A stretch of 64,000 bases of DNA, taken from an uncultured Nitrososphaerales archaeon (GTDB taxonomy: Archaea > Thermoproteota > Nitrososphaeria > Nitrososphaerales > Nitrososphaeraceae). Position 1 is the stretch's first letter. Every line of letters begins with the position of its first letter. The notes under the pieces are model-generated. The model worked only from the letters and a program-made list of their open reading frames with translations. It searched no databases and had not been told where the DNA came from. Made by a program: the position numbers and the translations under genes. Below are positions 1 through 10,710 of the stretch, piece after piece. Location of the stretch: the NCBI GenBank assembly GCA_963695855.1, contig CAVOHZ010000008.1, forward strand, positions 1 to 64,000, written 5' to 3'.

Positions 1-105
1 CGGGATTCGAACCCGGGTCGAAGGAGTGACAGTCCCCCATACTGACCGGAATATACGATGTTGGATTAAACAATAATCGTCAAAACATCTCTATACTACC
101 CGGGC
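1..105 (-). tRNA. tRNA-Asp(GUC) with 40-nt non-canonical intron at about position 15/16 (51-90); 3' end runs off the window
   Basis: Reverse complement reads GCCCGGGTAGTATAG-[intron]-TCCGGTCAGTATGGGGGACTGTCACTCCTTCGACCCGGGTTCGAATCCCG. Anticodon loop CT-GTC-AC, T-loop GGTTCGAATCC. Intron has BHB-like pairing (GTAT/GTAT helix, AGA and ATT bulges, GATGTT/AACATC helix). Confidence 0.92.
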
Positions 106-1158
106 GCATTAAGGATGTTTTATTAAAGCACTTAAAATATTTTTCTTTTGCTAATGTGAAGTCATTATCCTTGGTTAATTAAAATAGGTCCAATATTAAT
201 AAAATCGCTGATTAGCAATAAAATGAAATTAAATTGACTCATCTACAAACAAGTTTGAAATGGAAGATATATCGCATACTATATCATAATATACAAAAAG
301 TACGATTTTTTTAGATCGGAGACATTTCATTTTCTATATCGTTATTTTATTAGGAAATACGAGTCTTTTATCTTATAATACTGTATAATTTGAAGATTCT
401 GCATATGAATCAGATAAAACCGCTTATAAGTTGCCTACTTCTCAGAATGGAATAATCTGATTGAGAAAATCATAAGTCAAGTATTACCCCCATCGTCAGT
501 ATCACGAGAATTTGCTTAAGTACGTGCTTCACTCTATGATCCGATATTAGAAGCAAAAAATATGGAAATAGATAGCAAATACTGAAATATAGCAATATCA
601 TTTTCTGCAGCCATAGTATTAAAATTATTGTTCCCTTAACATAATGAACAAGTTTTTTCAGTAGGACAACGTTTACTTGTTATGTCGATTCAAACAAATA
701 CATGGATAGAATTTGGCTAAGAAATATTTCTCTGACCTGATATCTCTAATCGGTATAGATTGTGTCCGCTATTGGAATATTTACTTAAATAGGCAAAGGA
801 GTTTTGCTAATCTTACAAATTTACTTAAATTTGAAAAATATATATTTTTAGGATAATATTGTGCTTACATTATTCAATATTGGTATAATGACTAAAAACA
901 CGAGGATTTGGTTATAGGAATATTTCTATATTGTACAGATTCATGTCATCATTTGTAATAATAAGATTGATCTGGTAAAATCTTTCATTAGCAAAATTTT
1001 TAATGGCTGTGAGGATATTGTAAGATATTGTAGCATAATGACATCAAATTTTGACAGTTTTTTACAAATGAAATTTTGAAATGTAACCAGGTTTTGGATC
1101 TCTGTGTTAGAAACATTGCACGCTGCACGCTATATATCTAATTGATAAGCATACTAAG

Positions 1159-2229
1159 TCAAGTGTCATCATGAATGTCGTTACACCATCTTCCAAATCT
1201 CTTATCCAGATATTCTGATATTGCATCTTTTTGTTCTTCTATATTGGTATAGAATCTATTTGCACACACATCTGATTTTATCTTCTGGTTTACTTTTCTC
1301 TCATTTGGATTAAGGTATGGCGCCCTCTTTGGAAGGTGTATTATACTGAGCCAGTCTTTTTTCTGTCCATTGATATATTTTTTTGTCATCTTGCTTAGGT
1401 GAAATGAAGCGTTATCCCATACCAGTACAATTCTTTTCCAACCATTATTTTTCATTACATGTATCTTGAGATTCTCTAAATGGTTTATAGCATTGGTGGA
1501 ATTTGATCTGTCATAGAAATCATACAACAGATTCTGTTCAGGCCATAGCATGGATATGTACATTGAGAATTTCTTTCTACTACCGTTATGCCTAATTTTT
1601 TGTTGTTCACCTTCAAAACTCATTGACTTTCTTATACATGGCTTCTGTGTTACTATAGTTTCATCTTCAAAGACCAACATCACTTTCTTTTTTTGAGAGC
1701 TGATGCTACTTGTTTGTAGTTCTTTATCTGTTTCTTTCCCTCTTCATAATCAGCTCCATGTTCAAGTTCAAGCTTGGGTCTCTTACATCTGATACCCATG
1801 TCCTTCAGTATCCTTTGAAGGTGTTTGAAACTGATTGGAATGTCAAGTTCTTCTGTAAGACACTTTGCCAGTGACCTCAGACTCCAGGTGTTTCTGATGT
1901 AACCAAAAATATTGGGATCGTTAAAAAGTACAGAAAGTATAGTCTCTCTATCCTCATCTGTTATACGGAATTTTGTACCACCTGGTTTCCTTATCTCCAA
2001 TCCTTTTGTTCCTATCTGGAGATATGCCGATATCCATCTTTGAACTGACCTGATACTGACACCATGTTCCTTCCTTTGCTATATCTGCAAAAGTTCTACC
2101 GTTGCTCTTCTGAAGTATTGCCATTAATCTGCGATAATGCTTCTTGTCGGTACTATATTTCATCAACGACTTTAGACTGTTCTTCTGTCCTGTGGTGAGG
2201 TTGAGTTTGGTAGTAGAACCATGGTACAT
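1159..2229 (-). mobile_element. IS630-family transposase split over three frames (probably degenerate)
   Basis: HTH-like N-terminus, winged-helix segment (WSLRSLA), DDE part (FEDET, VWDNASFH, PYLNPNE). A7-GAAAG slippery run at the 1680-1695 junction fits a programmed frameshift; a second frameshift near 2070 looks inactivating. Confidence 0.85.
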
Positions 2230-2733
2230 AGAATTATGATATTCAGGATACCTTAAGCTTTACCTATTCAATAATTTAGACCTGTTAGTTAAAAGGATAT
2301 GACATTAACCAAGCCACTTGACTTATGTTAGAGAAGATCAAATGATGCTAAAATACGATTGATCCAGAAAGGCATAGATTAGAAGACATTATAAATGCGT
2401 TCAATGATAACCAATAAATGGTATATACATCTATAAGCTAAGTAAAACTAATACAACTTTGGAAACATATGTTTAACATATTTGGTAGGATAATTTTGGA
2501 TATCTTATTTTTGTTACTTTTCTTATCTTTTATGATATTTTTATACCTACTATGATAAGCAAAGAAACTTATGTAAAGTGTTAGAAACATGCTACGAACA
2601 CTAAAATAAAATAAGATAATTATTATAAATAAATTAAATCTCTGTGTTCACTTTATCTTATTGATTTTAAAGTTAGATTAATATTTATAGTGATTAAAAC
2701 AAATTACTAGGCTGTGTATCCTTAGCTTTTGAA

Positions 2734-2821
2734 GGGCCCGTAGCTCAGCCAGGTAGAGTACCGGACTTTTATCCTTATGGAAGAAATCCGGCTGTCTCGG
2801 GTTCAACTCCCGACGGGCCCG
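2734..2821 (+). tRNA. tRNA-Lys(UUU) with 14-nt canonical intron at 37/38 (2772-2785)
   Basis: GGGCCCG acceptor stem, anticodon stem CCGGA/TCCGG, loop CT-TTT-A, T-arm GGGTTCAACTCCC, 3' end CGGGCCCG. Confidence 0.95.
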
Positions 2822-2822
2822 T
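2806..2822 (+). repeat. attL core (tRNA-Lys 3' end)
   Basis: ACTCCCGACGGGCCCGT, repeated at 43679. Confidence 0.9.
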
Positions 2823-2891
2823 TATGTATTCGGGTTCATATACAAGTATCGACAGTATAATAGACATACAAAAAAGGAGATACAAGAAAAA

Positions 2892-4238
2892 ATGACCGTA
2901 AAGCTATCTACAACAATAAGCAATATTGAAAGGGATGTACACAATCCACAAAATAGGCAATTAATATTAGAGTTCTATGAATTCATGAAAAGAATAGGAA
3001 CATCAGAGAAATATCAAAACAACAACCTAAAGGCAATAATAGCATATAGTAAATTTCTTGAATCATCTGTTTCCTTTTATCAAATCAAACACAAAAGTCA
3101 AATAATTTCTTTTTTGGATACAAAAATAAAATCTAATGAGGAAGATCCAGATAAACGTTGGATCACAACCTGGAATGATTACCTTTGTAGAATCAAATAC
3201 TTTTTTAGATGGATGTACAATTGGAAGGATAAAGATCTTGATGATGTTTCATTTTCAGAATGGAAAACACCTGATTTTGTAATGATAAAGAAAAAGAAGA
3301 CAAAGAGAATAAGTCCGTATCTTGAAAATGAGCTATGGGAAAGAGATGATCTATTAACTATCATAAAATATGAATCATATAAAAGAAATAAAGCAATTCT
3401 TGCATTACTTTGGGATTTAGATGCAAGACCACATGAGTTAACTTTATTAAAAATTAAACATATACGTTTAAAAGACAAATATGGTGAAGGTGAAATTCCA
3501 CACGAAGCTAAAACTGGAACAGGTCCAATATTATTAACGTGTTCTTTTCCGTATGTAAGAGATTGGCTAAATGAACATCCTTTTAAAAATGAGCCAGACT
3601 CAAGGCTAATTTGTAGCCTTATCAACGGTTCTCCTATAACTGCAGATAATATTGACAAAGTGATGAAACAATTACGTGAGAGAATAATTCGTTTGTTAAA
3701 GAACGGTGAAATTGATAATAGCGATGAAAGACACAAATTAGAGTATTTATTAAAAACAAAAAAATGGAATCCATATTGTATTAGACATAGTGCTATAACA
3801 GCTGATTCCGACTACCTTCCTGAATATGCATTAAAGAAAAAAGTAAGATGGTCAATGAATTCAAGGCAAGGTACACGATATATCAAAAGGAGAATGGGAG
3901 ATGAATTAAAAGATCAAATACTGAAAAGAAATGGAATTATGCAGCAGACAGAAAACAATGTAAAAGCCTCTATTTTAAATTGCCCAAGATGTGAACTTGT
4001 TAACGCAATCGAAAACAAATATTGCTCAAAATGCAGTTATCCACTTACGCCACAAGCATTTGATGAAATCAAGCTTGAAGAAGATAAAAAATTTAATGAA
4101 TTGCAAGAACTACATAACAGGGAAATAGTATCTATTCGTCAGGATATGGAAGTTAAGTTTACTGAAATTATTTCTTTAATACAGCAAGTTCCAGAACTAA
4201 AGTATATCAAACCAGAGGTTTTGTTAAAGAAAGGGTAA
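2892..4238 (+). CDS. Tyrosine recombinase / integrase with C-terminal zinc ribbon
   Basis: Catalytic motifs R (DARPHEL), K (EAKTG), YCIRHS and Y (GTRYI); CPRC..CSKC zinc ribbon; adjacent to tRNA. Confidence 0.92.
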   Translation: MTVKLSTTISNIERDVHNPQNRQLILEFYEFMKRIGTSEKYQNNNLKAIIAYSKFLESSVSFYQIKHKSQIISFLDTKIKSNEEDPDKRWITTWNDYLCRIKYFFRWMYNWKDKDLDDVSFSEWKTPDFVMIKKKKTKRISPYLENELWERDDLLTIIKYESYKRNKAILALLWDLDARPHELTLLKIKHIRLKDKYGEGEIPHEAKTGTGPILLTCSFPYVRDWLNEHPFKNEPDSRLICSLINGSPITADNIDKVMKQLRERIIRLLKNGEIDNSDERHKLEYLLKTKKWNPYCIRHSAITADSDYLPEYALKKKVRWSMNSRQGTRYIKRRMGDELKDQILKRNGIMQQTENNVKASILNCPRCELVNAIENKYCSKCSYPLTPQAFDEIKLEEDKKFNELQELHNREIVSIRQDMEVKFTEIISLIQQVPELKYIKPEVLLKKG

Positions 4239-4248
4239 TTGATAATTA

Positions 4249-5241
4249 TTAACCACTTGACATAACTTTATGTAGAAATGGATTGTAGTTTCTCTTTTTA
4301 GAATATATGGATGATTCAAAATCATTCATTATTTGTTTCCAATTTTGTAATTCAATTTTAGTAAACCTACTAAAAAATGGATCAAGCGATGGAAGTGCAG
4401 GAATACAGATATTCCATAAGCTATCTATAACACTTTCTATTTCCTGATTCAATTTACATATTCTCATAATTTTAAGTAATTCAGATATCGTATCTGCGAT
4501 AGAATTTGTTTCACTGAAAGAATTAAAATAAACATCTTCTCTGTATTGACTATATTTCCTATTTAAGTTTATAGCATTTAATTTACTACTAATACGGTCA
4601 AATATATCATATACAATAATCTTAGCAGGAGAAAGGCTATTACTTGGATAATCTTTACGATTGAACAGGATATAAAATTGACTAACATGGATTGCAATTG
4701 TAAATGTGGTAAACAGTATACGAATTAAGTCATAATCTGAAAAAATCTGTCTTATTCCTACTCTACAATCTTTTATGATAGTTTCAAAACCTATTGATTT
4801 CATTTTATCAATTAAGTTGGAATAGGATGTTTCAAATGAATGAAGATTACTAATTAATGCCAATAATGCAGCTTGTTTATTTATATACAAAAGTTGTTTT
4901 CTTTTATCATTCTTATCTATTTCACAGATGATAAATCCTGCTATTGACAAACGGTCTATGTATTTCAAAACAATTGGACGTGAGAAACCTACCCTGTGTA
5001 CGACATATTCCTTACAACATCCAGGATATTTTGATATGAATTCAATAATACCTATTTCCTTTTCATTAAGTTCATATTCTTCATCTTTTGACACTTCATT
5101 GTATATACAAAGTTCATTGAGTGTTTTTTTAGAGCCATGGTTAGGAGCGGTTAAGTTTGAATCAGATCTATCTATAATGTTTTGTACATTTTTTTTTATT
5201 TCAGATTGATCATCTCTTACCAATTTTGTCCCATTGTTCAT
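4249..5241 (-). CDS. Winged-HTH (MarR-like) domain protein
   Basis: IIEFISKYPG..SRPIVLKYIDRL..GFI..DKR pattern. Confidence 0.65.
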   Translation of the reverse strand: MNNGTKLVRDDQSEIKKNVQNIIDRSDSNLTAPNHGSKKTLNELCIYNEVSKDEEYELNEKEIGIIEFISKYPGCCKEYVVHRVGFSRPIVLKYIDRLSIAGFIICEIDKNDKRKQLLYINKQAALLALISNLHSFETSYSNLIDKMKSIGFETIIKDCRVGIRQIFSDYDLIRILFTTFTIAIHVSQFYILFNRKDYPSNSLSPAKIIVYDIFDRISSKLNAINLNRKYSQYREDVYFNSFSETNSIADTISELLKIMRICKLNQEIESVIDSLWNICIPALPSLDPFFSRFTKIELQNWKQIMNDFESSIYSKKRNYNPFLHKVMSSG

Positions 5242-5307
5242 CTGTATAAGAATGGTAAATTATGTAAATTAAATATACATTACTATCTGGTCGTTGCTTA
5301 ATATTGC

Positions 5308-5451
5308 ATGGAACAAACCAGAATTTTAATAAAAAATCAGACCAGGGAACTGTTAAAAAAACTGGGATCAAAAGGAATGAGTTACGACCAGATCATTAAT
5401 GAATTGATAGAAGCAAAAAATAAGAAATTTCATGAGCAGTATAGGAAATAA
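5308..5451 (+). CDS. Small ribbon-helix-helix-like DNA-binding protein (47 aa, absent from ORF track)
   Basis: MEQTRILIKNQTRELLKKLGSKGMSYDQIINELIEAK..., an archaeal RHH pattern (T-I...TRE.LK..G..G.SYD.II..L); divergent from the wHTH gene. Confidence 0.7.
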   Translation: MEQTRILIKNQTRELLKKLGSKGMSYDQIINELIEAKNKKFHEQYRK

Positions 5452-5481
5452 CCTATCTTAAATACGGGTGAAGATATAGAG

Positions 5482-5664
5482 ATGTATTCAACCATTAATC
5501 TAAAAAAAGACAACAATAAGATTTGTGAAGGGATAAACTGTTCGGAAGTATCTTCTATGGAAATGTCAGTCAAAACAAAAGATAACAAAATCATAAAATT
5601 TCAATTATGTAAGAAATGCAAGAATCTTTTTTTTAATAATGGAGCAAATTCTAATTATGTCTAA
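5482..5664 (+). CDS. Small Cys4 zinc-finger protein
   Basis: CEGINC...LCKKC; sits in an operon-like run. Confidence 0.55.
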   Translation: MYSTINLKKDNNKICEGINCSEVSSMEMSVKTKDNKIIKFQLCKKCKNLFFNNGANSNYV

Positions 5665-5866
5665 ATATGATAATAATACATATTCATATTTAATCATATT
5701 AGGGAAGTTCAATCTGCACATTCCTATAAAAAAGCTTTTACCAATCTACAAACAATCAGATGATTTCAGTAGAGAATTGTCTCTCTTTTTGATGACAATG
5801 ACAATAATCATCACCGTCATCGCATACATGAAGGCTATTTTGTTGGAGGTTATGTTGATTGACTAA
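5639..5866 (+). CDS. Small hypothetical membrane protein
   Basis: Overlaps both neighbours; hydrophobic C-terminus. Confidence 0.35.
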   Translation: MEQILIMSKYDNNTYSYLIILGKFNLHIPIKKLLPIYKQSDDFSRELSLFLMTMTIIITVIAYMKAILLEVMLID

Positions 5867-6758
5867 GTTGGATGATGCCATGAAAAAACATATGGAAAAT
5901 ATAATATACAAGGAACGTAGACCGTTTAGTTTTATAGATCATCTGGAATTTGAAATAGACGGTGAAAAATATACAGTAAACCGTGGGACATTTAGAAATA
6001 AAATTAATACTACATTCAAGAATGACATAGAAGTTATTTGCTATTCGCCTGTGGCACAATACACACTAAAAGGTGTTAGCTTAGTAAATGTAATTACGGG
6101 TCTCCGTACAGGGGATACAGGGGATACGATATTAGATGAAACTTTCACCAATATTGCCAATAAATATGCACATATATGTAATCATTCTCTTTACAGAGAT
6201 ATCAAGGTAATTCCTTGGGGAAAACGATCAGTACATGACATAAGGCTGAGATTTGAAGTACCAGAAATATGGAATTATTTAAAATCCAAAAATTATATTC
6301 CACATTATGACAATAAAGATATTTACTTTCTTAACGGAGCAGAGAACAACATTAAATTTTCCGTTACTGTTCATAAAACAGATACTATAAGCATTTCATT
6401 GGGATGTACGTATTTTCCTATTGAAATAGACGTTAATGGAATAATGAGACTTTGGAACACTCTTGCTATTATCGAAGAAAGAATTCGTTTAAAAGTAGTA
6501 GTCTGCGACTCATTCCAGATTCCAAATCACAAAAGATGGATAGTTACATTGTGGCACTTTGGTCAAGATGCATTAATAACGTATGCAGGAAAAAAATATG
6601 ATGTTGAATTTGGTATAGCTAAAGAAATGCTTCTTAGAATATATACTAAAGAATGGAATAATGGTAAAAATAAAAATAAAAAAAAAGTTAGAATCGAATT
6701 ACAAGAATATCCTATGAAAGCAGTAGAAGAAGCCATTGAAGAAAGGTTATACAAATAA
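5859..6758 (+). CDS. Hypothetical element backbone protein (possibly replication-related)
   Basis: 299-aa ORF with GGAGG RBS, placed between regulators and the RadA-like gene. Confidence 0.7.
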   Translation: MTKLDDAMKKHMENIIYKERRPFSFIDHLEFEIDGEKYTVNRGTFRNKINTTFKNDIEVICYSPVAQYTLKGVSLVNVITGLRTGDTGDTILDETFTNIANKYAHICNHSLYRDIKVIPWGKRSVHDIRLRFEVPEIWNYLKSKNYIPHYDNKDIYFLNGAENNIKFSVTVHKTDTISISLGCTYFPIEIDVNGIMRLWNTLAIIEERIRLKVVVCDSFQIPNHKRWIVTLWHFGQDALITYAGKKYDVEFGIAKEMLLRIYTKEWNNGKNKNKKKVRIELQEYPMKAVEEAIEERLYK

Positions 6759-6773
6759 CTGGAGAAGATAAAA

Positions 6774-7673
6774 TTGCTAATAAATGAAAAAGATCTAAAA
6801 AAAGAAAATTTAGATAATGATAAAAACATTAGTAGATTAAATCAATATAACAAAATTGAAAATCCTACTATTCATAATTCTACACAAGATGAACTGAAAA
6901 TAATGGACCGATACGTACAGGCGTCTGAAATAAAATGTAACAACATGAGAATTTCTACTGGGGCAAGTTCATTAGACAAAATGTTGGGCGGAGGATTAGA
7001 AACCAAAACTATAACTCAGTTCTATGGGCAGCCCGGTTCGTGTAAAACTCAACTGTGTTTCACATTATGTACATTACTACCTTCTAATTTTAAATGCATA
7101 TTCATTGATACAGAAGGTACATTTAGATCAGAGAGAATACAAGAAATTTCAAGGGCAAGGAAACTGAACACTCCATTAGAAAATATTGTTTTTTCAAGGG
7201 CTTTAACTACCACTGAGTTAGAGAATCGTGTAGACAATTTAGAGGAAAAAATAGACTCAGACCCATCTATAAGACTATTGATAATAGATTCTATGACAAA
7301 TTTATACAGGGTTGAATATTCAGGATCTGCAAGACTTTCGCATCGACAACAACAATTAATGAAAAATATATACAAAATAAAAAATTTAGCACAATCCAAA
7401 GATATTGCCGTTGTAATCACAAATCAGGTATATTCAGACTATGCATCATCTCATGATAAAGATAAACCAGTAGGAGGATATAGCTTAAACTATCCTTGTA
7501 CCAATATAATTAAATTAATAAAAAATAGGGATATAGAAATTACTGCAAAGTTATTGAAAAGTCAATTTTATAAAAATGACATGACTTATCTACTCATATC
7601 TGAAGGTGGAATAATTGATGATGAAATAAATAATAAGAGAATTGAAGAAATTGAAAAAAATTTTATCAAATAA
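6774..7673 (+). CDS. RadA/Rad51-like recombinase paralog lacking the N-terminal HhH domain
   Basis: ISTG..LD.MLGGG, Walker A GQPGSCKT, IDTEGTF, Walker B LLIIDS, VVITNQV. Confidence 0.88.
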   Translation: MLINEKDLKKENLDNDKNISRLNQYNKIENPTIHNSTQDELKIMDRYVQASEIKCNNMRISTGASSLDKMLGGGLETKTITQFYGQPGSCKTQLCFTLCTLLPSNFKCIFIDTEGTFRSERIQEISRARKLNTPLENIVFSRALTTTELENRVDNLEEKIDSDPSIRLLIIDSMTNLYRVEYSGSARLSHRQQQLMKNIYKIKNLAQSKDIAVVITNQVYSDYASSHDKDKPVGGYSLNYPCTNIIKLIKNRDIEITAKLLKSQFYKNDMTYLLISEGGIIDDEINNKRIEEIEKNFIK

Positions 7674-7943
7674 TAATATACTTATATTTTGAAATATCTC
7701 AATATAAGAATAACTTGTTTGAATATTAGTAGATAATACTTTCAAATCAAAAAGTAAAACAAGTTAAAAAATGTAGAAAAGCATTCGATAAACCGAAGAT
7801 TTATTTTTCTTCAATTGCTGTTTCTACGTAATTTTTCCATGCAGAAAGTACAAATGTACCTATCGATCCTATTTCTCAATATCTGTTTTAATTATCTTAA
7901 TATTTTGATTTTCTATTTAGTTACGTAATAGATCTATCATATC

Positions 7944-9224
7944 ATGACATCATTTTATCTATCATATACAATTCTGATATTTTGTCATTTGAGAATCCGA
8001 TTTCAGACAAAATACATAATTGCAACATTAGTTCCAAATTTTTGACTTGCCAAAAAAATCACGATCCTTAGATAATTCATTGTATGATAAACCTCCATGA
8101 GTTAAACGATGTCTGTAATCTGTAATATTTTTGATAAAACTTTCTTTATCTTTGAATTTTGTGGTCAGATGTGGAAAAATATTTTTGTATTTATCATATA
8201 TTTCTCTCAATCTTTCTGTTAAAGAGGGATAGTTCCTTTCTTTAATCAGTATATTAAGATAATTTTTAGCGTTATCATTATTTGAAATTGTATTTATTAC
8301 ATTTAGCATTTTAGCTATTCTCTCTTGACGTTCTTTTTTCTTGGCACTTGTATTTTCCATGAAAGAGGCATGATAAACCTCCAATGCTTGAAAAAGCGAC
8401 AAAAACCTCATAGACAATGGTATGTCGTTATTATACATTAGTGCAAAATACAAATCTAAAATAACGTCTTTATTCTGGTAGAATTCAAACCATTTATTTA
8501 AGATGTCTTTAAATTTTTCTTTAATTTCATCATGACGAAATAAGAATGGTCTTTTGACTGCTACCTTGACCATTGGTTCACGTATCGTGGACCTGTACAT
8601 TATTTCCGTATCCTGATTTAAGTCTGATAACTTTGCATTAAACGATTCAACCATTACAGGTTTATCTGTAGATATGAAATTAAAAAAACCTTGAAGAACA
8701 TACTTTAAGCCTATATAGTGTTCTAATGTTTTTTCTTTAAGAGATTCTACTTTAAAAATAAATTTAGAGTCTCTATAAGCTATTGTGATATTACATTCTG
8801 CTTTAATATTGATTTCAATATCTTTTCCAATAAGATCATATTTATAGAACCAATTATCAAGATTAGTGAAAGTAATCATTATATTTTTAAATATCAAATC
8901 TTTTAGCTCACGTTCGTTAATTATAAGTACATTTAAAAGTATGTACTTAATTTGAAGTACACATATAATATTATATGTATCAGCAGTAATGTTTTCATTC
9001 CATTTAGATACAAAACTTATGTAACCTGTTATTTTTTTCCCATCTTCTAATTCTCCTAATAAAAAAAAATCTTGCTTTTTTCGATCTAAATCAATAAAAC
9101 GGTTTCCTTCACTTTCTAAGGTAAGGGTTCCTCCATCGTCAGGATTGAATTTTAAATTTCCCTTTATTTTAATAGAATCATCTTGAGGAAGCCACCATTC
9201 TCCAGCGGAATATATTTGATTCAC
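7944..9224 (-). CDS. ApeA-like HEPN protein (ApeA N-terminal domain + HEPN), frameshifted near the C-terminus
   Basis: GEWWLP..G.L.F N-terminus, FLSLFQALEVYH, RxxxxH (RHRLTH); C-terminal helix continues in another frame after a T7 run. Confidence 0.75.
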
Positions 9225-9595
9225 ATCTGATCTTGTTGGTTGATTAATTATTAAATTTAATTAGAATTGTTAAATCTACAGAGCCTATGATTTATTGAGT
9301 AATTAGACAAATTATTATTATATTGATGATTGATGTTCCTATTAAATCAATATTTGTTGTGCTAATTTATTTACAAATGTAAAATCCTAATATATCTTTA
9401 GTTTAAATAAAAAAATTAGTGACAACACTTACTCATATACAATTTGTTCTTTTTCTGTATAATACAATGGAAACCTTCCCACGAACAGAATTTATTGAAT
9501 AATCCATACATCTTAACCTTACGATGTTCTATATCACAGCTGCAGGCAGAAAATTTCAACATAATAACTAACTACATTTTATCTTAAAATCTTTT

Positions 9596-10216
9596 TTATT
9601 TTTTATAACAAAACACAAGATATATATTTACAGGTTCTTCATATCCTTCAATTATTTTTCGAATCTGAAAATCATCATTAATAAAAAATTTAATATCTTC
9701 CTTTGTAAAAAACCTAATTCGGAACCCATCAATATGGTAGATATTTTCCCCTATTTTAGTTCCTTTTTTATACATAATATCCTTGTCATTTCTAACGGAG
9801 AATGATAACAGACCATTATTCTGAAGAACACGTTTAGATTCGCTAAATAACGATTTTAATTCACAATCTGAAAAACCCATGTTATAAAACATATGTGAAT
9901 AAACAGCATCAAAATTGTTATTGGAATAAGGAATTCCTTCCAATATATTGATATTTTTTAAATTTATAGCAAGATTCATTTCTTTTGTTTTGGTACTTAA
10001 ATTTTTTATTCCCGCTTTAGAGGAATCAATAGCATGCACATCTAATCCTTTTGATGCAAAAAATAGAGAATCCCTACCCTGACCGCATCCTAACTCCAGT
10101 ACTTTCTGAACTTTATGTCGGACAAAATCTTCATAACATATTAAAGCAAATTTACTTGGTTCATCACCAAAAAATGAAGAATTATCAGAATAAATCTTAT
10201 CCCAAATACTACTCAT
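9596..10216 (-). CDS. Class I SAM-dependent methyltransferase
   Basis: VLELGCGQGRD motif I, FDAVYS. Confidence 0.9.
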   Translation of the reverse strand: MSSIWDKIYSDNSSFFGDEPSKFALICYEDFVRHKVQKVLELGCGQGRDSLFFASKGLDVHAIDSSKAGIKNLSTKTKEMNLAINLKNINILEGIPYSNNNFDAVYSHMFYNMGFSDCELKSLFSESKRVLQNNGLLSFSVRNDKDIMYKKGTKIGENIYHIDGFRIRFFTKEDIKFFINDDFQIRKIIEGYEEPVNIYLVFCYKK

Positions 10217-10354
10217 CCACTATGAAGCGATACACAATAATTACATTTTAATTTTAATATACATCATCTGATGCTAATTGCAAATATAAGAATGTCAAAA
10301 TAAAGATGATTATAAAACCATTAAAAATATGTGTATGAATACAGACTGGTGAAA

Positions 10355-10648
10355 TTACTTATATTCAAAATCTGGATCATCTTCGATTATACCCTCTTCA
10401 AGCAGTCTATAAAGCTTATCGCATTGTTCCTTATTCTTTTCATAATCTTCTGATGCGCCACATAGAACTGCCACATCATATTCTGTTAATTCATGATCAT
10501 TATCCTGGTCTTTTCCATTATCATCATTATTTTTATCCTTTCCTGCTTGTACTGATAATATTGCAGACATTGTTGTAATAGTCATTATTCCCAGTAGTAA
10601 AATTATTGCCAACCGCTTTTCCGTTTTCATAGCTTTCTTTGATAACAA
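10355..10648 (-). CDS. Small exported acidic hypothetical protein
   Basis: N-terminal signal/TM helix, Asp/Glu-rich. Confidence 0.6.
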   Translation of the reverse strand: MLSKKAMKTEKRLAIILLLGIMTITTMSAILSVQAGKDKNNDDNGKDQDNDHELTEYDVAVLCGASEDYEKNKEQCDKLYRLLEEGIIEDDPDFEYK

Positions 10649-10710
10649 AATCTATTAAAGTTTCTGTTTAAAGAAAAATGTTTATGCAGGTCGTGTTTTG
10701 TAATTGCTAT

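Noticed and set aside
3179-3736. Antisense ORF inside the integrase (and similar shadow ORFs in hsdR, MFS and the sulfatases)
   Set aside because: Opposite-strand shadows of well-supported genes.
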